A stretch of DNA of 44,040 nucleotides from an uncultured Parcubacteria group bacterium (GTDB lineage Bacteria > Patescibacteriota > Minisyncoccia > UBA6257 > 2-01-FULL-56-20): contig CAJAQL010000001.1 of NCBI GenBank assembly GCA_903944135.1, positions 1-44,040 of the forward strand, given 5' to 3'. Made by a program: the position numbers and the translations under genes. Below are positions 27,312 through 36,994 of the stretch, in pieces. How positions within the stretch are numbered: position 1 is the first letter of the stretch; every line of letters starts with the position of its first letter. The notes under the pieces were generated by a model. That model did no database searches, was not told the DNA's origin, and was given only the letters and a program-made list of their open reading frames with translations.

Positions 27312-27348
27312 ATTATATGTGTTAGCAATCTCATGTCAAGATTGCCAG
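27312..27348 (-). promoter_or_regulatory. CIRCE operator overlapping the hrcA sigma70 promoter
   Basis: + strand TTAGCAATC-N9-GATTGCCAG (27322-27348) resembles TTAGCACTC-N9-GAGTGCTAA; on the - strand TTGACA lies in the spacer, followed 16 nt later by TATAAT. Confidence 0.88.
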
Positions 27349-27463
27349 TCATTGAAATCCGGCCTTCATAGATTCCGGGAAAATGAACCCTTTTAGCATA
27401 CAAACGCCCATTCACCCTCAAATGAAACCCAAACGATCCAAAAGGTAGTATCATTAAATAACT

Positions 27464-28555
27464 ATGAGAAAATTGTTCTCCGGCATCATCGGCGCCATGA
27501 TCGCATTCTCCCTTGCAGCCATGCCGGCACAAGCCGCAACGACCCCTCTTTCCAATCAGGCGGCACAGCAATTGCTTTCGCTCCTGCTCCAGGAACTCGC
27601 GCTCCTCGAACAGCAGCTTGCCGCAGAAACTGCCACCCCGGCAATCACAACGGCAACAACGACACCGATCGCAGCGATCACCCCGACGCTTCCCCAGCAA
27701 ACAACATTCGATCCGCAGGCGCTGGTGGGCATTCTGTGCTATTACAATGTAACCGCAACAGATCCTACGGATGGCGCCAACCAAACATTTTCGGAACAAG
27801 AAGAGGTGCGCGGCTCGGGTGTCATCATAAATGCCAATGGCAACATTCTCACGAATCGGCACATCATCGAACAACCGTCGGAGACGACGACGCTACAGGA
27901 TAGCAACGGAAATCCGATCTCCGTCATCCTGAGCTACTCCCTCGATCATTGCGAGGTCGGACAACTGCCGGCGGGAACATTACTGCCTTCGGTGAGCGAG
28001 ATACAGTCCCTGAATCCCTATGTTCAAATTCCCGTACTCGGTTATACAGCCCAACCCGTATATATTTCACATGACACCGACACCGAAGAAAATGATCTCG
28101 CGGATTTCGCCGTTCTCCGCATCACGGGAGTTACGGCGAACGGTCCGACGTTCGGCATAAAATCCGTTCCAAGTTCATTCCCCTACGCAACGCTCCTTGC
28201 GATCGATCCCTACGTCACGGCATCAACCACGCTGCCCGGCGATGTTCTCACCTACGGATTTCCGGGAGATGTCACAAGCGGTCAGGGCAATTTCTTTTCG
28301 ACGCTCACCATGACCGGAAGCGTGGGCAACGTGACCGACATAAGCGGCGGCGATAATTTCTACAATGGCATGCCCCTTGTCATCCAGACCGACATGGAGA
28401 TAGCGCACGGTCGCTCCGGATCTCCCTTGATCTGGCGGGGATATGTCATCGGCCTCGTTACGTTCTTCATTGGCGATAACCGAACAAATTCCGGTTCCGT
28501 GGCAAGCGATGCGATCATTAAAACGCTCCAGCCACTCGGTTATCTGCCGCAATAA
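27464..28555 (+). CDS. Secreted trypsin-like (S1) serine protease
   Basis: Signal peptide, short coiled coil, GSGVII, LTNRHII (His), DFAVL (Asp), HGRSGSP (Ser). Confidence 0.88.
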   Translation: MRKLFSGIIGAMIAFSLAAMPAQAATTPLSNQAAQQLLSLLLQELALLEQQLAAETATPAITTATTTPIAAITPTLPQQTTFDPQALVGILCYYNVTATDPTDGANQTFSEQEEVRGSGVIINANGNILTNRHIIEQPSETTTLQDSNGNPISVILSYSLDHCEVGQLPAGTLLPSVSEIQSLNPYVQIPVLGYTAQPVYISHDTDTEENDLADFAVLRITGVTANGPTFGIKSVPSSFPYATLLAIDPYVTASTTLPGDVLTYGFPGDVTSGQGNFFSTLTMTGSVGNVTDISGGDNFYNGMPLVIQTDMEIAHGRSGSPLIWRGYVIGLVTFFIGDNRTNSGSVASDAIIKTLQPLGYLPQ

Positions 28556-28781
28556 GAACTATCTTCTTGCGCGCCGTTTTCCCTGAAATGATCTTCACCG
28601 AAGAAACGGAAAGTTTGAAATATCCCGCAAGTGCGGCTTCCACAGCATGATTCGCTCGACCATCCTCGGCTGGTTCTTTTACGGCGATCGAAAAACATCC
28701 GTCGAATCCCGGTATAAGGTTTTCCATCTTTTCGATTGACGCACGCCGTGCGCCTGGTTTTGCAAAAACAAGGATCTTCAT
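28518..28781 (-). CDS. DUF167/YggU family protein
   Basis: AKPGA, VKEPAEDGRAN, IISGKTARKK; start trimmed to MKILVFAKP. Confidence 0.88.
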   Translation of the reverse strand: MKILVFAKPGARRASIEKMENLIPGFDGCFSIAVKEPAEDGRANHAVEAALAGYFKLSVSSVKIISGKTARKKIVLIAADNRVAGAF

Positions 28782-28874
28782 GAATTTCCAGTTGAGGCGC
28801 CGACTGGCAACATTAGGAGAACTACCGACATCGTTGCGGCACCAGCCAAATCCAGATTTCATACTTTCTTATCA

Positions 28875-28978
28875 TAGAATCCATCTCAAAAACAGTCGCG
28901 CAGATACCTCGAGACGGATTTGAGCGGAAACCGAATCTGGACGAAAGAGCCGCGTCGCTATTTTTGAGATGGGTTCTG
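28875..28978. mobile_element. MITE-like element, copy C (best-preserved terminal inverted repeats)
   Basis: AGAATCCATCTCAAAAA / TTTTTGAGATGGGTTCT (16/17 match), same end type as copies A and B. Confidence 0.7.
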
Positions 28979-28996
28979 GAGTAGAATACAAAAGAT

Positions 28997-29494
28997 ATGT
29001 CAAAAAATATAGACCTCTACGTCCGCAATATCGTATTCGGCATTTCGGACAGCCTGGTATCGACCGTCGGCCTCCTTGCCGGCATCGACGCAAGCGGAAC
29101 CTCGCGTCAGATCATCATCCTCACGGGCGTCGTTTATGCTTTTGTTGAGGCATTCTCGATGGCAATCGGCAGTTTTCTCTCCGAAGAATCCACCGAAGAA
29201 TACGAAACGAAGGGCGAAGTTTCCGATGGCAAACCGTTCGCCGCCGGCTTCATTATGTTCATTTCCTTTATCCTCGCATCATTTATTCCTATCGTCCCCT
29301 ATCTTTTCGCAGGATTAACCGCGGCACTTTGGCTTTCGATCACTCTTTCCATCGCGGCGCTCTTTATCGTCGGCATCGTGAGCGCCGAAATCATCAAAGT
29401 TCACCCGTGGAAACATGCCTTGAAAATGGCGCTCCTCGGCGGAGCGGCGATTCTTATCGGAGTCCTCGTCGGAAAATTCGTCAAGGCAGGATAA
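28997..29494 (+). CDS. VIT1/CCC1 family Fe/Mn transporter
   Basis: RNIVFGISDSLVST, AFSMAIGSFLSE, five TM helices. Confidence 0.9.
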   Translation: MSKNIDLYVRNIVFGISDSLVSTVGLLAGIDASGTSRQIIILTGVVYAFVEAFSMAIGSFLSEESTEEYETKGEVSDGKPFAAGFIMFISFILASFIPIVPYLFAGLTAALWLSITLSIAALFIVGIVSAEIIKVHPWKHALKMALLGGAAILIGVLVGKFVKAG

Positions 29495-29519
29495 GACAGG
29501 ACCCGTCCCAATGATCTTC

Positions 29520-29849
29520 TTATTCCTGTTTCAATAACCTATCAACGCGGGCGGCATTTTCATTGCCACGATCGATCGCGAACGAGATCAATGGCATCGG
29601 CCGGATGTTCATTTTTTTATTGAGCGCATGCTGGAATTCGCCGATCTTCATATTGAGAACGCGGAGCGCGTGCGCTTCCGCGGATGCCGGTATCACACTC
29701 ACATGAACCTGCGCGTGGTCCAGCTTTTTGTCGACCGAAACGCCAACGATCGTAATAAGGCCACCGGACAGTTCAATGTCCTGGATGATCATTTTGGAAA
29801 GCTCCTCCTGAATGACGCTGCCCACTCTTTCTGAACGGAAAAATCTCAT
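29520..29849 (-). CDS. rbfA: Ribosome-binding factor A
   Basis: RSERVGSVIQEELS, VSVDKKLDHAQV, RPMPLISF; follows infB. Confidence 0.92.
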   Translation of the reverse strand: MRFFRSERVGSVIQEELSKMIIQDIELSGGLITIVGVSVDKKLDHAQVHVSVIPASAEAHALRVLNMKIGEFQHALNKKMNIRPMPLISFAIDRGNENAARVDRLLKQE

Positions 29850-29968
29850 AAAAATTGTTTTATTTTATTTTTAAATTAAATCGCATTCCGCATCGTAAAA
29901 ATTTCGATTATCGTTCTGCTTTACGCCACCCCGGCTTCCGCCCGAACTCCAGCAAAAACTATAAAAGA

Positions 29969-31444
29969 CTATTTCTTGATCACAAGAACATCTCCTACGG
30001 CGATCTTGGCGGTGGCATTCGTCAAAATCCCGATTTCTTTCCCTGCTTCTGCCTGTGCTATCTCCGATTTCTTCTCGCGCAAGCCAAGAACCTTTCCGGA
30101 ACCGATCGCCTCCTCTGTTCCACTCTCTGATTTACGCAGCAGTTCAAATGAAGCCTTGCCACGAACGACGCCTTCCGTCACACGACCGCCGACAAGCTGT
30201 TTTTCCAATTTTTCCTGGTTAAAAACAGCGAGCACTTCAAGTTTCCCAATAGCCTGCGGACCGCGCTTCCCGGCCAAAAACTCCGAAACGGCATCCGCGA
30301 GCTCATAGACGATCTTCGAGGTGATGATCGTGACCCGCTGCGCTTCGGCAAGGTTCTGCGATCCTTTTTCGACACGATCCTTGAAACCGATGATCGCCGC
30401 ATTGGTTGCGAGCGCATTTCTCACGTCGTGATCCGTAATGTCGCCGACCGATTGATCAATGACAGCAATGCCTTTTTCATCCTTTTCGCCGATCGCCGCA
30501 AGGACGCTCGCGAGCGCTTCGAGCGAACCTTCATCTGAAGCCTTAAGGATCAGATTCAATTCCTTTCCATTGGCTTTTCCGCCGCCTGACTTCCAAACTT
30601 TCTGAACGGTCTTGGCGGTTGACGAATGCTGGTCAATGGTCGTCCCCACTGAAAATTCTTCGCCTACCGATGGAAGAGTTTCAAACCCGATAATGATCGC
30701 GGGCGCGGACGGCTCAAGAAAGTCCGCCGCCGTACCCAAAAAATCTTCGAGAATCTTCACCTTCCCATTCGCGCTTTTTGTCTGGATCAGATCACCGCGA
30801 TGGAGCGTGCCATTTTTCACGATCACGCTCGTTTCCAGCCCGCGCCGCGGATCACGCCGAGCTTCCAAAACATATCCTGTTGCTGTCGATGCAGGATCAT
30901 ACGAAAGATCCTCCATATCCGCCGTAAGAAGCACGAGATCAAGCAGGGCGTCAACGCCATCGCCGGTCTTTGCGGAAATTCCCTGATAGCTCACCTGTCC
31001 ACCGTATCCCTCAAGGAACACATTCTTGCTCATGAGGTCATTTCTTACCTTATCAATATTCCCTCCGGTCTTATCGATCTTATTGATCGCCACGACAAAT
31101 GGGGTCTTGGTATCTTCAAGGATCTTGATCGCCTCCTCTGTCTGTGGTTTCACGCCTTCTTCGGCGGCAATCACAAGAATAGCAACGTCCGCAACCTGGG
31201 CTCCCCGCGAACGCATGGCACTGAAGGCTTCATGGCCCGGCGTATCGATGAAGGTTATCTTCCGGCCGTTCCGGAGGATTTCATAAGCACCCACCGCCTG
31301 CGTAATACCCCCCGCCTCGCGGGCAGCTACATTTGCTTTGCGAATACGGTCCAAAAGCGTCGTTTTGCCATGGTCAACATGCCCCATTACGACGACGATC
31401 GGCGGTCTCTGCTTTTTCTCCGTTATTTTCTGCTCATTTGACAT
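29969..31444 (-). CDS. infB: Translation initiation factor IF-2 (short form)
   Basis: [40 protein letters not shown]. Confidence 0.97.
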   Translation of the reverse strand: MSNEQKITEKKQRPPIVVVMGHVDHGKTTLLDRIRKANVAAREAGGITQAVGAYEILRNGRKITFIDTPGHEAFSAMRSRGAQVADVAILVIAAEEGVKPQTEEAIKILEDTKTPFVVAINKIDKTGGNIDKVRNDLMSKNVFLEGYGGQVSYQGISAKTGDGVDALLDLVLLTADMEDLSYDPASTATGYVLEARRDPRRGLETSVIVKNGTLHRGDLIQTKSANGKVKILEDFLGTAADFLEPSAPAIIIGFETLPSVGEEFSVGTTIDQHSSTAKTVQKVWKSGGGKANGKELNLILKASDEGSLEALASVLAAIGEKDEKGIAVIDQSVGDITDHDVRNALATNAAIIGFKDRVEKGSQNLAEAQRVTIITSKIVYELADAVSEFLAGKRGPQAIGKLEVLAVFNQEKLEKQLVGGRVTEGVVRGKASFELLRKSESGTEEAIGSGKVLGLREKKSEIAQAEAGKEIGILTNATAKIAVGDVLVIKK

Positions 31445-31522
31445 AACCCGTAAATTTTAGCAGAAAAAACCAAAAAAAACAACGGTTCCGCCCGCGTTTC
31501 CGTTTCTCGGGGTCGAGTCCGC

Positions 31523-33091
31523 TTATTTACCGTTTGCGGCAGATCCGTTCTCGGAGAATGTCATGGAAAACGAATATGACGACCCGCTTCCTTGAATTCC
31601 GTTGAGCGGAAGATCTATTGAGCTAAAATTTGGAGTATTTTCTATGGCCGATTTAAATGCAAGAATCGCATCTTCTGACTGCGCCTCTCCGGATACCGAA
31701 ATCGGCGTAGTATCGGATTGGAGCGTGATGCGCGTGAGGGCCACACTGCTGCTCGCCGCTGCATCTGAAATAGCCTGAATAAGAACGTAGCGTGGCGACA
31801 AGGACGATTCCACGGAAGCGATCATGCTGACCGTGCTATTGAATGCGTTTGCCTGCGATACAAGATCCGCCATCTCTCTCTTGGTATTTGATCCTACGGA
31901 GATGACGGACGCGGAATATGTCGCCGCGCTATTTTCCGTAGTCCGTAGAAAAACGTCGGTAATGGCGAACGCGATAACCAGGATGCCAAGAACGACTGGA
32001 ACCGCCACGCGCCAGAACGACAGAAAATCAAGCATTCCGCTGTCTTCAAAAAGCTCTTTTGCGCCTTCGCCGAGGAAGGTTATCTCCCGGTCCTTGCTTC
32101 GAGGCGTCGCCGCACGCAATCCCGACCCTAACGCTACGGTCCACGCATCAGGAACAGCGCCGCCGAGCGAGTCTTCAAGTATAAACACCGGCATCGGCTC
32201 GGTCTCTCCTATGATCGCACGGGCTTCGTCGACGAAAAATCCTCCCGAAAGCCCGATTGCGGTAATGGGCTTTTTCCAATGCTGGCGATAAAAATTGACG
32301 ACTTGATGTAAATTGAGCGTGAAAGTCTGCTTGAATTTATCCAGTGTTATTTCTCCTTTCTCATCGGAAATATCACGCCACGGACTCATATATTCAAAAC
32401 AAAGCCGTCCATGACGGAGAATAATGAAATCAAGCCCGCTATCATCGATGATAGCGGCAAGATAAGGCTTCTCGAAATCCATTCCCGATGCATACTCGCG
32501 CAATGTCCGAGCCACCGCGAGCGCTTTCGACTCCACGGCGACCGTGACGAATCCGGCAGAAAAAAGAATATTGGTCATCGCATCAACCATCGCGCGATCC
32601 GCAAACGCGCCAAGCACCTCGACCCTCCCGAGTGACTCGTTTCGATTGATGATCTCCCATCCGGAATATGCCTCCGCGGCATCGACCGAAGAAGACATCT
32701 GCAGGTTCAACCGCATCGCCGTATCAAAGCCTTCTCCCGTAATGATCGGCAGGTTGAAAACCTGATTATAGATCGATGCCGCACCGAGAGAGACGACCAC
32801 GTTCATAATACTGCCCTTTTTCGCCAGCTCAGGTATTTGGGATCGAAGCGCCGCAAGCGCCGCAGCGAACGCAAATTCATCTTTTATCTTCCCTCCCTCG
32901 GAGACGCCGGGTTCAATGCGGACGGCGCGGAATTGCCATGCCGCGCCATCGAAATAGGCGAGCCGCAAGAGCTGATCTGTTATTTCGAGGCCACCCGTGA
33001 TAGGACGAATACGCAAAAGGCGCATCATCCTGTCCATGATGCCTCCTGCCTTTCCTAGGCCCGCTTTTATTTTCTTTTCGCTATTGGACAT
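31523..33091 (-). CDS. Type IV pilus PilM-like/PilN-like fusion protein
   Basis: PilM-like actin-fold segments (GGLEITD, VAVESKALAVAR), one TM, coiled coil, PilN-like ISVSGEAQSEDAILAFKSAIE. Confidence 0.72.
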   Translation of the reverse strand: MSNSEKKIKAGLGKAGGIMDRMMRLLRIRPITGGLEITDQLLRLAYFDGAAWQFRAVRIEPGVSEGGKIKDEFAFAAALAALRSQIPELAKKGSIMNVVVSLGAASIYNQVFNLPIITGEGFDTAMRLNLQMSSSVDAAEAYSGWEIINRNESLGRVEVLGAFADRAMVDAMTNILFSAGFVTVAVESKALAVARTLREYASGMDFEKPYLAAIIDDSGLDFIILRHGRLCFEYMSPWRDISDEKGEITLDKFKQTFTLNLHQVVNFYRQHWKKPITAIGLSGGFFVDEARAIIGETEPMPVFILEDSLGGAVPDAWTVALGSGLRAATPRSKDREITFLGEGAKELFEDSGMLDFLSFWRVAVPVVLGILVIAFAITDVFLRTTENSAATYSASVISVGSNTKREMADLVSQANAFNSTVSMIASVESSLSPRYVLIQAISDAAASSSVALTRITLQSDTTPISVSGEAQSEDAILAFKSAIENTPNFSSIDLPLNGIQGSGSSYSFSMTFSENGSAANGK

Positions 33092-33506
33092 CTTGCCAAG
33101 AAATCGATACAACCTGCCCCGTCGAAGAGCTGATACCAAACACCGCATTTATCTTGCGCGTACGGCCACTTACGGTCGCCGCCGAAAATACTGTATCAAG
33201 GCCGGCGGCAGAACCCGACCCCTGCGTCACGGAAACCGTTGCGGTGCCGTTCGGAACCGTCACGGAATATCCCGCCGACGTGAATGACGTATTGCGGACC
33301 AATCGGAGAAAAGCATCATTTACGCCCGCCGTCGCAACGGCCTCCGCCTTCTCCGATGCTTGCAAACCATAACCGCTATCCACGAATGTTGCGGCAAGCA
33401 CCGCAACCGTCGCCGCGATCACGATCATAACGCCGCCAATAAGAAGAATGGTCGACAGGAACGCCTGACCTGCCGCATTTTTTCTTAAAAGATCGTTCTT
33501 TTCCAC
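33081..33506 (-). CDS. Minor pilin (PilX-like)
   Basis: Basic leader, G|QAFLSTILLI class III-like cleavage site, hydrophobic helix, KAEAVATAGVNDA; GTG start after TGCTATAAT. Confidence 0.78.
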   Translation of the reverse strand: MEKNDLLRKNAAGQAFLSTILLIGGVMIVIAATVAVLAATFVDSGYGLQASEKAEAVATAGVNDAFLRLVRNTSFTSAGYSVTVPNGTATVSVTQGSGSAAGLDTVFSAATVSGRTRKINAVFGISSSTGQVVSISWQDVQ

Positions 33507-33539
33507 TTATTGATTATAGCACTCTCGAACGAACTTTAT

Positions 33540-34058
33540 TTATTGCCCCGTCGTAGAAGCGGAACTTGTGCTTATCGAAAGAAGTTCCACGGTGAAATGC
33601 AATGTTGAATTTCCCGGAATCGGTCCATAGTCCGAGGCGCCATAGCCAAGTTCCGGCGGGATCACCAGTTCCCGCTTACCGCCGACTTTCATGCCTGCCA
33701 CGCCAAGATCCCACCCCTTAATGACATCGCCGGCGCCAAGCTTGAAGCTGAATGGCTGATTGCCATGTTTGGCCGAGGCATCAAATACCGTACCGTTATC
33801 AAGCGAACCCGAGTAAAGCACGCTTACCGTATCTCCGGTCTGCGCCTCAGCGCCCGTGCCCACTATATCGTCAGTTATTTTTAATTCTTGCATGATAGTA
33901 TTTTGAGTTTGTTTTTCTTGGGCAATGAGCGCGGCTCCCTGTTGCGATTGTGCCTCATTGTTTTTTTGCTCTTCACGGGATTCATACCAAGCACCCGCCC
34001 AAACAAGACCGATAACCACTATGGCAAAACAAATGGTGATGATTATTTTCTTTTGCAT
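33540..34058 (-). CDS. Membrane-anchored FKBP-type peptidyl-prolyl isomerase
   Basis: N-terminal TM; GTVFD, VIKGWD, GMKVGGKR, IPPELGYG, IPGNSTLHF. Confidence 0.95.
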   Translation of the reverse strand: MQKKIIITICFAIVVIGLVWAGAWYESREEQKNNEAQSQQGAALIAQEKQTQNTIMQELKITDDIVGTGAEAQTGDTVSVLYSGSLDNGTVFDASAKHGNQPFSFKLGAGDVIKGWDLGVAGMKVGGKRELVIPPELGYGASDYGPIPGNSTLHFTVELLSISTSSASTTGQ

Positions 34059-34073
34059 GATTTTATACAACTT

Positions 34074-34100
34074 GCCATTCCCACAAAGGCGGGAATCCAG
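34074..34100. repeat. Single REP-like unit
   Basis: GCCATTCCCACAAAGGCGGGAATCCAG. Confidence 0.65.
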
Positions 34101-34108
34101 AATTTTAG

Positions 34109-34426
34109 TTAGCTTATTTTCGCGCCGGGCGGAACATCTCGTTCGACCGCGAGCATGACGGGCTCGCCATTTTCGCCGTGCGCCGCAAGGATCATCCCCT
34201 GGCTTTCGAGGCCCATCATCATGCGCGGGTCAAGATTCGCGATAATGACGACCTCCTTACCGACAAGATCCTCGGGCGCGTAAGATTTCGCGATGCCGGA
34301 AAGTATCTGGCGCGGTTCTCCGATATCGACCGACAGTTTCAAAAGCTTTTCGGAACCTTCCACGCGCGCGGCCGAAAGGATTTTGCCGACCCGCAGGTCC
34401 ATCTTCTGGAATTCATCAATGGTCAT
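34109..34426 (-). CDS. Stand-alone tRNA-binding OB-fold protein (MetRS C-terminal/Trbp111-like)
   Basis: IDEFQKMDLRVG, KLLKL, RQILSGI, ANLDPR, ESQGMIL. Confidence 0.93.
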   Translation of the reverse strand: MTIDEFQKMDLRVGKILSAARVEGSEKLLKLSVDIGEPRQILSGIAKSYAPEDLVGKEVVIIANLDPRMMMGLESQGMILAAHGENGEPVMLAVERDVPPGAKIS

Positions 34427-34626
34427 TGGCATATCATAGCAAAATATATGAAAATTCCAAAATGATCGGAATTGAACCTCGGTCTTCCATTAGCAACGAT
34501 CGGCTCACTCGCACGAATGAACCGATAGAAAAATGAGCTTTCTTCTTCCTCTGAAAATCACAAAACTCAGCTATGTTTTGCGATTTTCTATAAATGGAGA
34601 ATTTCTTTTCCGGAAGATTATTACAG

Positions 34627-34699
34627 TAAGACAACAAAAAATACCGTTCCGAGGGTATGCGAAGACGAACCCCTCGGAACGGTATTTTTTGTTGTCTTA
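34627..34699. repeat. Perfect 29-bp inverted repeat downstream of tRNA-Pro (terminator-like)
   Basis: TAAGACAACAAAAAATACCGTTCCGAGGG / CCCTCGGAACGGTATTTTTTGTTGTCTTA with a 15-nt loop. Confidence 0.9.
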
Positions 34700-34732
34700 T
34701 ATATCTTCCGGAAAACCGGAAAATCGGAGTTG

Positions 34733-34803
34733 TCGGGCCGCCGGGAATTGAACCCGGTCTTTACGCACCCGAAGCGCATGTACTACCGGTATACGACGGC
34801 CCG
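34733..34803 (-). tRNA. tRNA-Pro(CGG)
   Basis: CGGGCCG/CGGCCCG acceptor stem, TGCGC-TTCGGGT-GCGTA anticodon arm, CCGGG-TTCAATT-CCCGG T-arm; no encoded CCA. Confidence 0.93.
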
Positions 34804-34869
34804 CACGATCAGCAGCATTAACTGCCCGTCTATTAAAGCGCACTTAAGAAATTCTGTCTATCCCAGATC

Positions 34870-35265
34870 CTATCGCCGCGTCCTTTTTTTGTGGTGCAGC
34901 TGTTTCGATTTCTGCGTGAGCGCGAATACCGACAGCACCATGATATAATCCGCCACCGCTTCAGGAGAAACCACATATCCCCTTCCTAAGACCAAAGAAC
35001 AGACCGTGAGCCCCAAAATGACGGCCGTCCAGCCGATCACGAACCACTCGCCGGGATGACGGCTTTCGTGAAAATCGTACCAACGGCCGAATTCCTTCGT
35101 TCCGGCATAGATGCTCAATACGCCGACATAGATGACACTGAAAGGCGCGATGAGAAAATCATAGCCGTTCTTCATGAAAAAATCCGCGATTAAAAAAAGG
35201 ACGAATGCTATCGTCCATAGGTTCGTCACCCATCGCCAGATCTTTTCGTCGCGAAAAACAGACAT
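34870..35265 (-). CDS. Four-TM hypothetical membrane protein
   Basis: Four hydrophobic segments; start MSVFRDEK preceded by TATACT. Confidence 0.8.
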   Translation of the reverse strand: MSVFRDEKIWRWVTNLWTIAFVLFLIADFFMKNGYDFLIAPFSVIYVGVLSIYAGTKEFGRWYDFHESRHPGEWFVIGWTAVILGLTVCSLVLGRGYVVSPEAVADYIMVLSVFALTQKSKQLHHKKRTRR

Positions 35266-35330
35266 TGAAAATAGTATAAACCGGAATATTCGATTTATCA
35301 ATCGAATTGTTTGATCTTTGTTGTTTCCAT

Positions 35331-35357
35331 GAGATTCCTCGCAAAGCCCGGAATGAC
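35331..35357. repeat. Degenerate REP-like unit
   Basis: GAGATTCCTCGCAAAGCCCGGAATGAC. Confidence 0.5.
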
Positions 35358-35380
35358 GGATGGATATTTTTTGAACGCGC

Positions 35381-36889
35381 CTACGATACGTGATGCTGTT
35401 TTTTCATTTCCTCTTCAGCCTCACCTTCCAGTTCGTCTTTTTTATTTTTCGCATTTTCCGCAAGAAGTTTGAGCTGATCATCGGTAAGCGTGTTCAGTTT
35501 CTTCATGCGCAGGGTAAGCTCATCGCGGTTATTGCGTTCCGGATCATCGAGCACCTCATCAAAGAGCGATGCAAGGATCCAGCCGACGCGCCGGCTTTCG
35601 GGCAAAGCAAGTTCCCGCATCACATCATCACCCGTTATCTTGAGCATCTTCGGCGAAAGCGGATCCCGCTTCACTTTATCGATCATAAAAAGCAGATGGC
35701 GTAATTTGTAAGGAACCGCCTTTTTGACGCCCGAACCGATGCGATCGGCTTCGCGCACTTTCAAAAGATCATCGATGTTTTCGGATCCCACGCGTACGAC
35801 GAACCGGCGCACGCCCGCCGGAGATATCTCACCGACATTATAGTGAAACATGTGCCGCCGAACGAGATGGGCGACCTGGTCCACGAGATCCTTCGGGAAT
35901 CGCAGACGGTCAAGCGCCTGCACGGTCATTTTCGCGCTCACGTATTCGTGCTGATAGAACGTGGAATCCGGCCCATCGCCGGATTTTACGCGCGGCTTGC
36001 CGACGTCATGCAGAAGTGCCGCGAGCCGCACCGGAAGTGAATAGCCCTGCTTTGCGGTATAATCGAGCGCCTTCACGTCATGTTCGAACACGCTGTAAAT
36101 ATGATGCTTGTTCTGGCCGACGCCAAGCCCCTCGCGAAGTTCCGGCAGGACATAGCGCAAAAGATCGAGCTCCTCGAGAAGCAGAATTCCGCGCGCAGCC
36201 TGCGGCGTCATGATCATCTTCTCGAACTCGTCGCGAATGCGTTCCTTCGCGATCTCCTCAAGCCCGCCCGCCAATTTTTCTATCGCCCGCCGCGTGTTGA
36301 GCTCGATCTCAAAATCCAGTTCCACTGCGAACCGCACCGCACGCATCAAGCGGAGCGCATCCTCACGGAACCGCTCTTCGGCATTCCCGACCGCGCGGAT
36401 GGATTTTTTCCTGATGTCTTCCTGCCCGAAAAACGGATCGGTGATGCCACCCTTCAAGTCCATCGCCATCGCATTCACGGTGAAATCACGCCGCGAAAGA
36501 TCTTCTTCGATCGTCTTTGCAAACTTCACCTCATCCGGATGCCGTTTATCGGAATATTTTCCTTCGATGCGGTAGGTCGTCACCTCAACCGCTTTTATTT
36601 TCTTCTCTGTTTTCTCTTTGTCATTCTCGCGGAGGCGAGGACCCGTGCTTTCCGGGAGCTCTTCCGTTTTCACGATCACCGTCCCGAAGTCATTCTCATA
36701 CACACTGTCCGGAAATAACCCCTGCACTTCTTTCGGTTTCGCATTTGTCGCAATATCCCAATCTTTCGGTATCCGTTTCAGTATCATGTCGCGCACGCAA
36801 CCTCCCACGAGATACGCCTCAAAACCCGCCCCCGCGAGTGTGGCGCAAATATGAGAAACCTCTTCCGGAACCGCAAAGTCCTTTTTCAT
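35381..36889 (-). CDS. cca: CCA tRNA nucleotidyltransferase with HD domain
   Basis: YLVGGCVRD, DWDIAT, RRDFTVNAMA, EDALRLMRAVRF, ERIRDE, LLHDVGK; start trimmed to MKKDF. Confidence 0.93.
   Translation of the reverse strand: MKKDFAVPEEVSHICATLAGAGFEAYLVGGCVRDMILKRIPKDWDIATNAKPKEVQGLFPDSVYENDFGTVIVKTEELPESTGPRLRENDKEKTEKKIKAVEVTTYRIEGKYSDKRHPDEVKFAKTIEEDLSRRDFTVNAMAMDLKGGITDPFFGQEDIRKKSIRAVGNAEERFREDALRLMRAVRFAVELDFEIELNTRRAIEKLAGGLEEIAKERIRDEFEKMIMTPQAARGILLLEELDLLRYVLPELREGLGVGQNKHHIYSVFEHDVKALDYTAKQGYSLPVRLAALLHDVGKPRVKSGDGPDSTFYQHEYVSAKMTVQALDRLRFPKDLVDQVAHLVRRHMFHYNVGEISPAGVRRFVVRVGSENIDDLLKVREADRIGSGVKKAVPYKLRHLLFMIDKVKRDPLSPKMLKITGDDVMRELALPESRRVGWILASLFDEVLDDPERNNRDELTLRMKKLNTLTDDQLKLLAENAKNKKDELEGEAEEEMKKQHHVS
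36620..36644. repeat. REP-like unit inside the cca coding sequence
   Basis: GTCATTCTCGCGGAGGCGAGGACCC matches the reverse complement of 26605-26629 at 22/25. Confidence 0.75.
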
Positions 36890-36994
36890 CTCAATAACTA
36901 TAAGCCATTTCGGGCCCGGCGAGAAATCTTTTCCTTCCGAAAAAATCCTTCGCATAGCTCAGGACAACGGCAACAGAGATCATCTGCATGAAGC

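Noticed and set aside
33517-33545. Second CIRCE (TAGCACTC)
   Set aside because: Only one half-site; it is the complement of the pilin gene's TGCTATAAT promoter region
34434-34751. Small ORFs 34434-34637 and 34533-34751 (also 19623-20021 and 39404-39592)
   Set aside because: They run through tRNA, hairpin or promoter DNA and lack start signals or protein features
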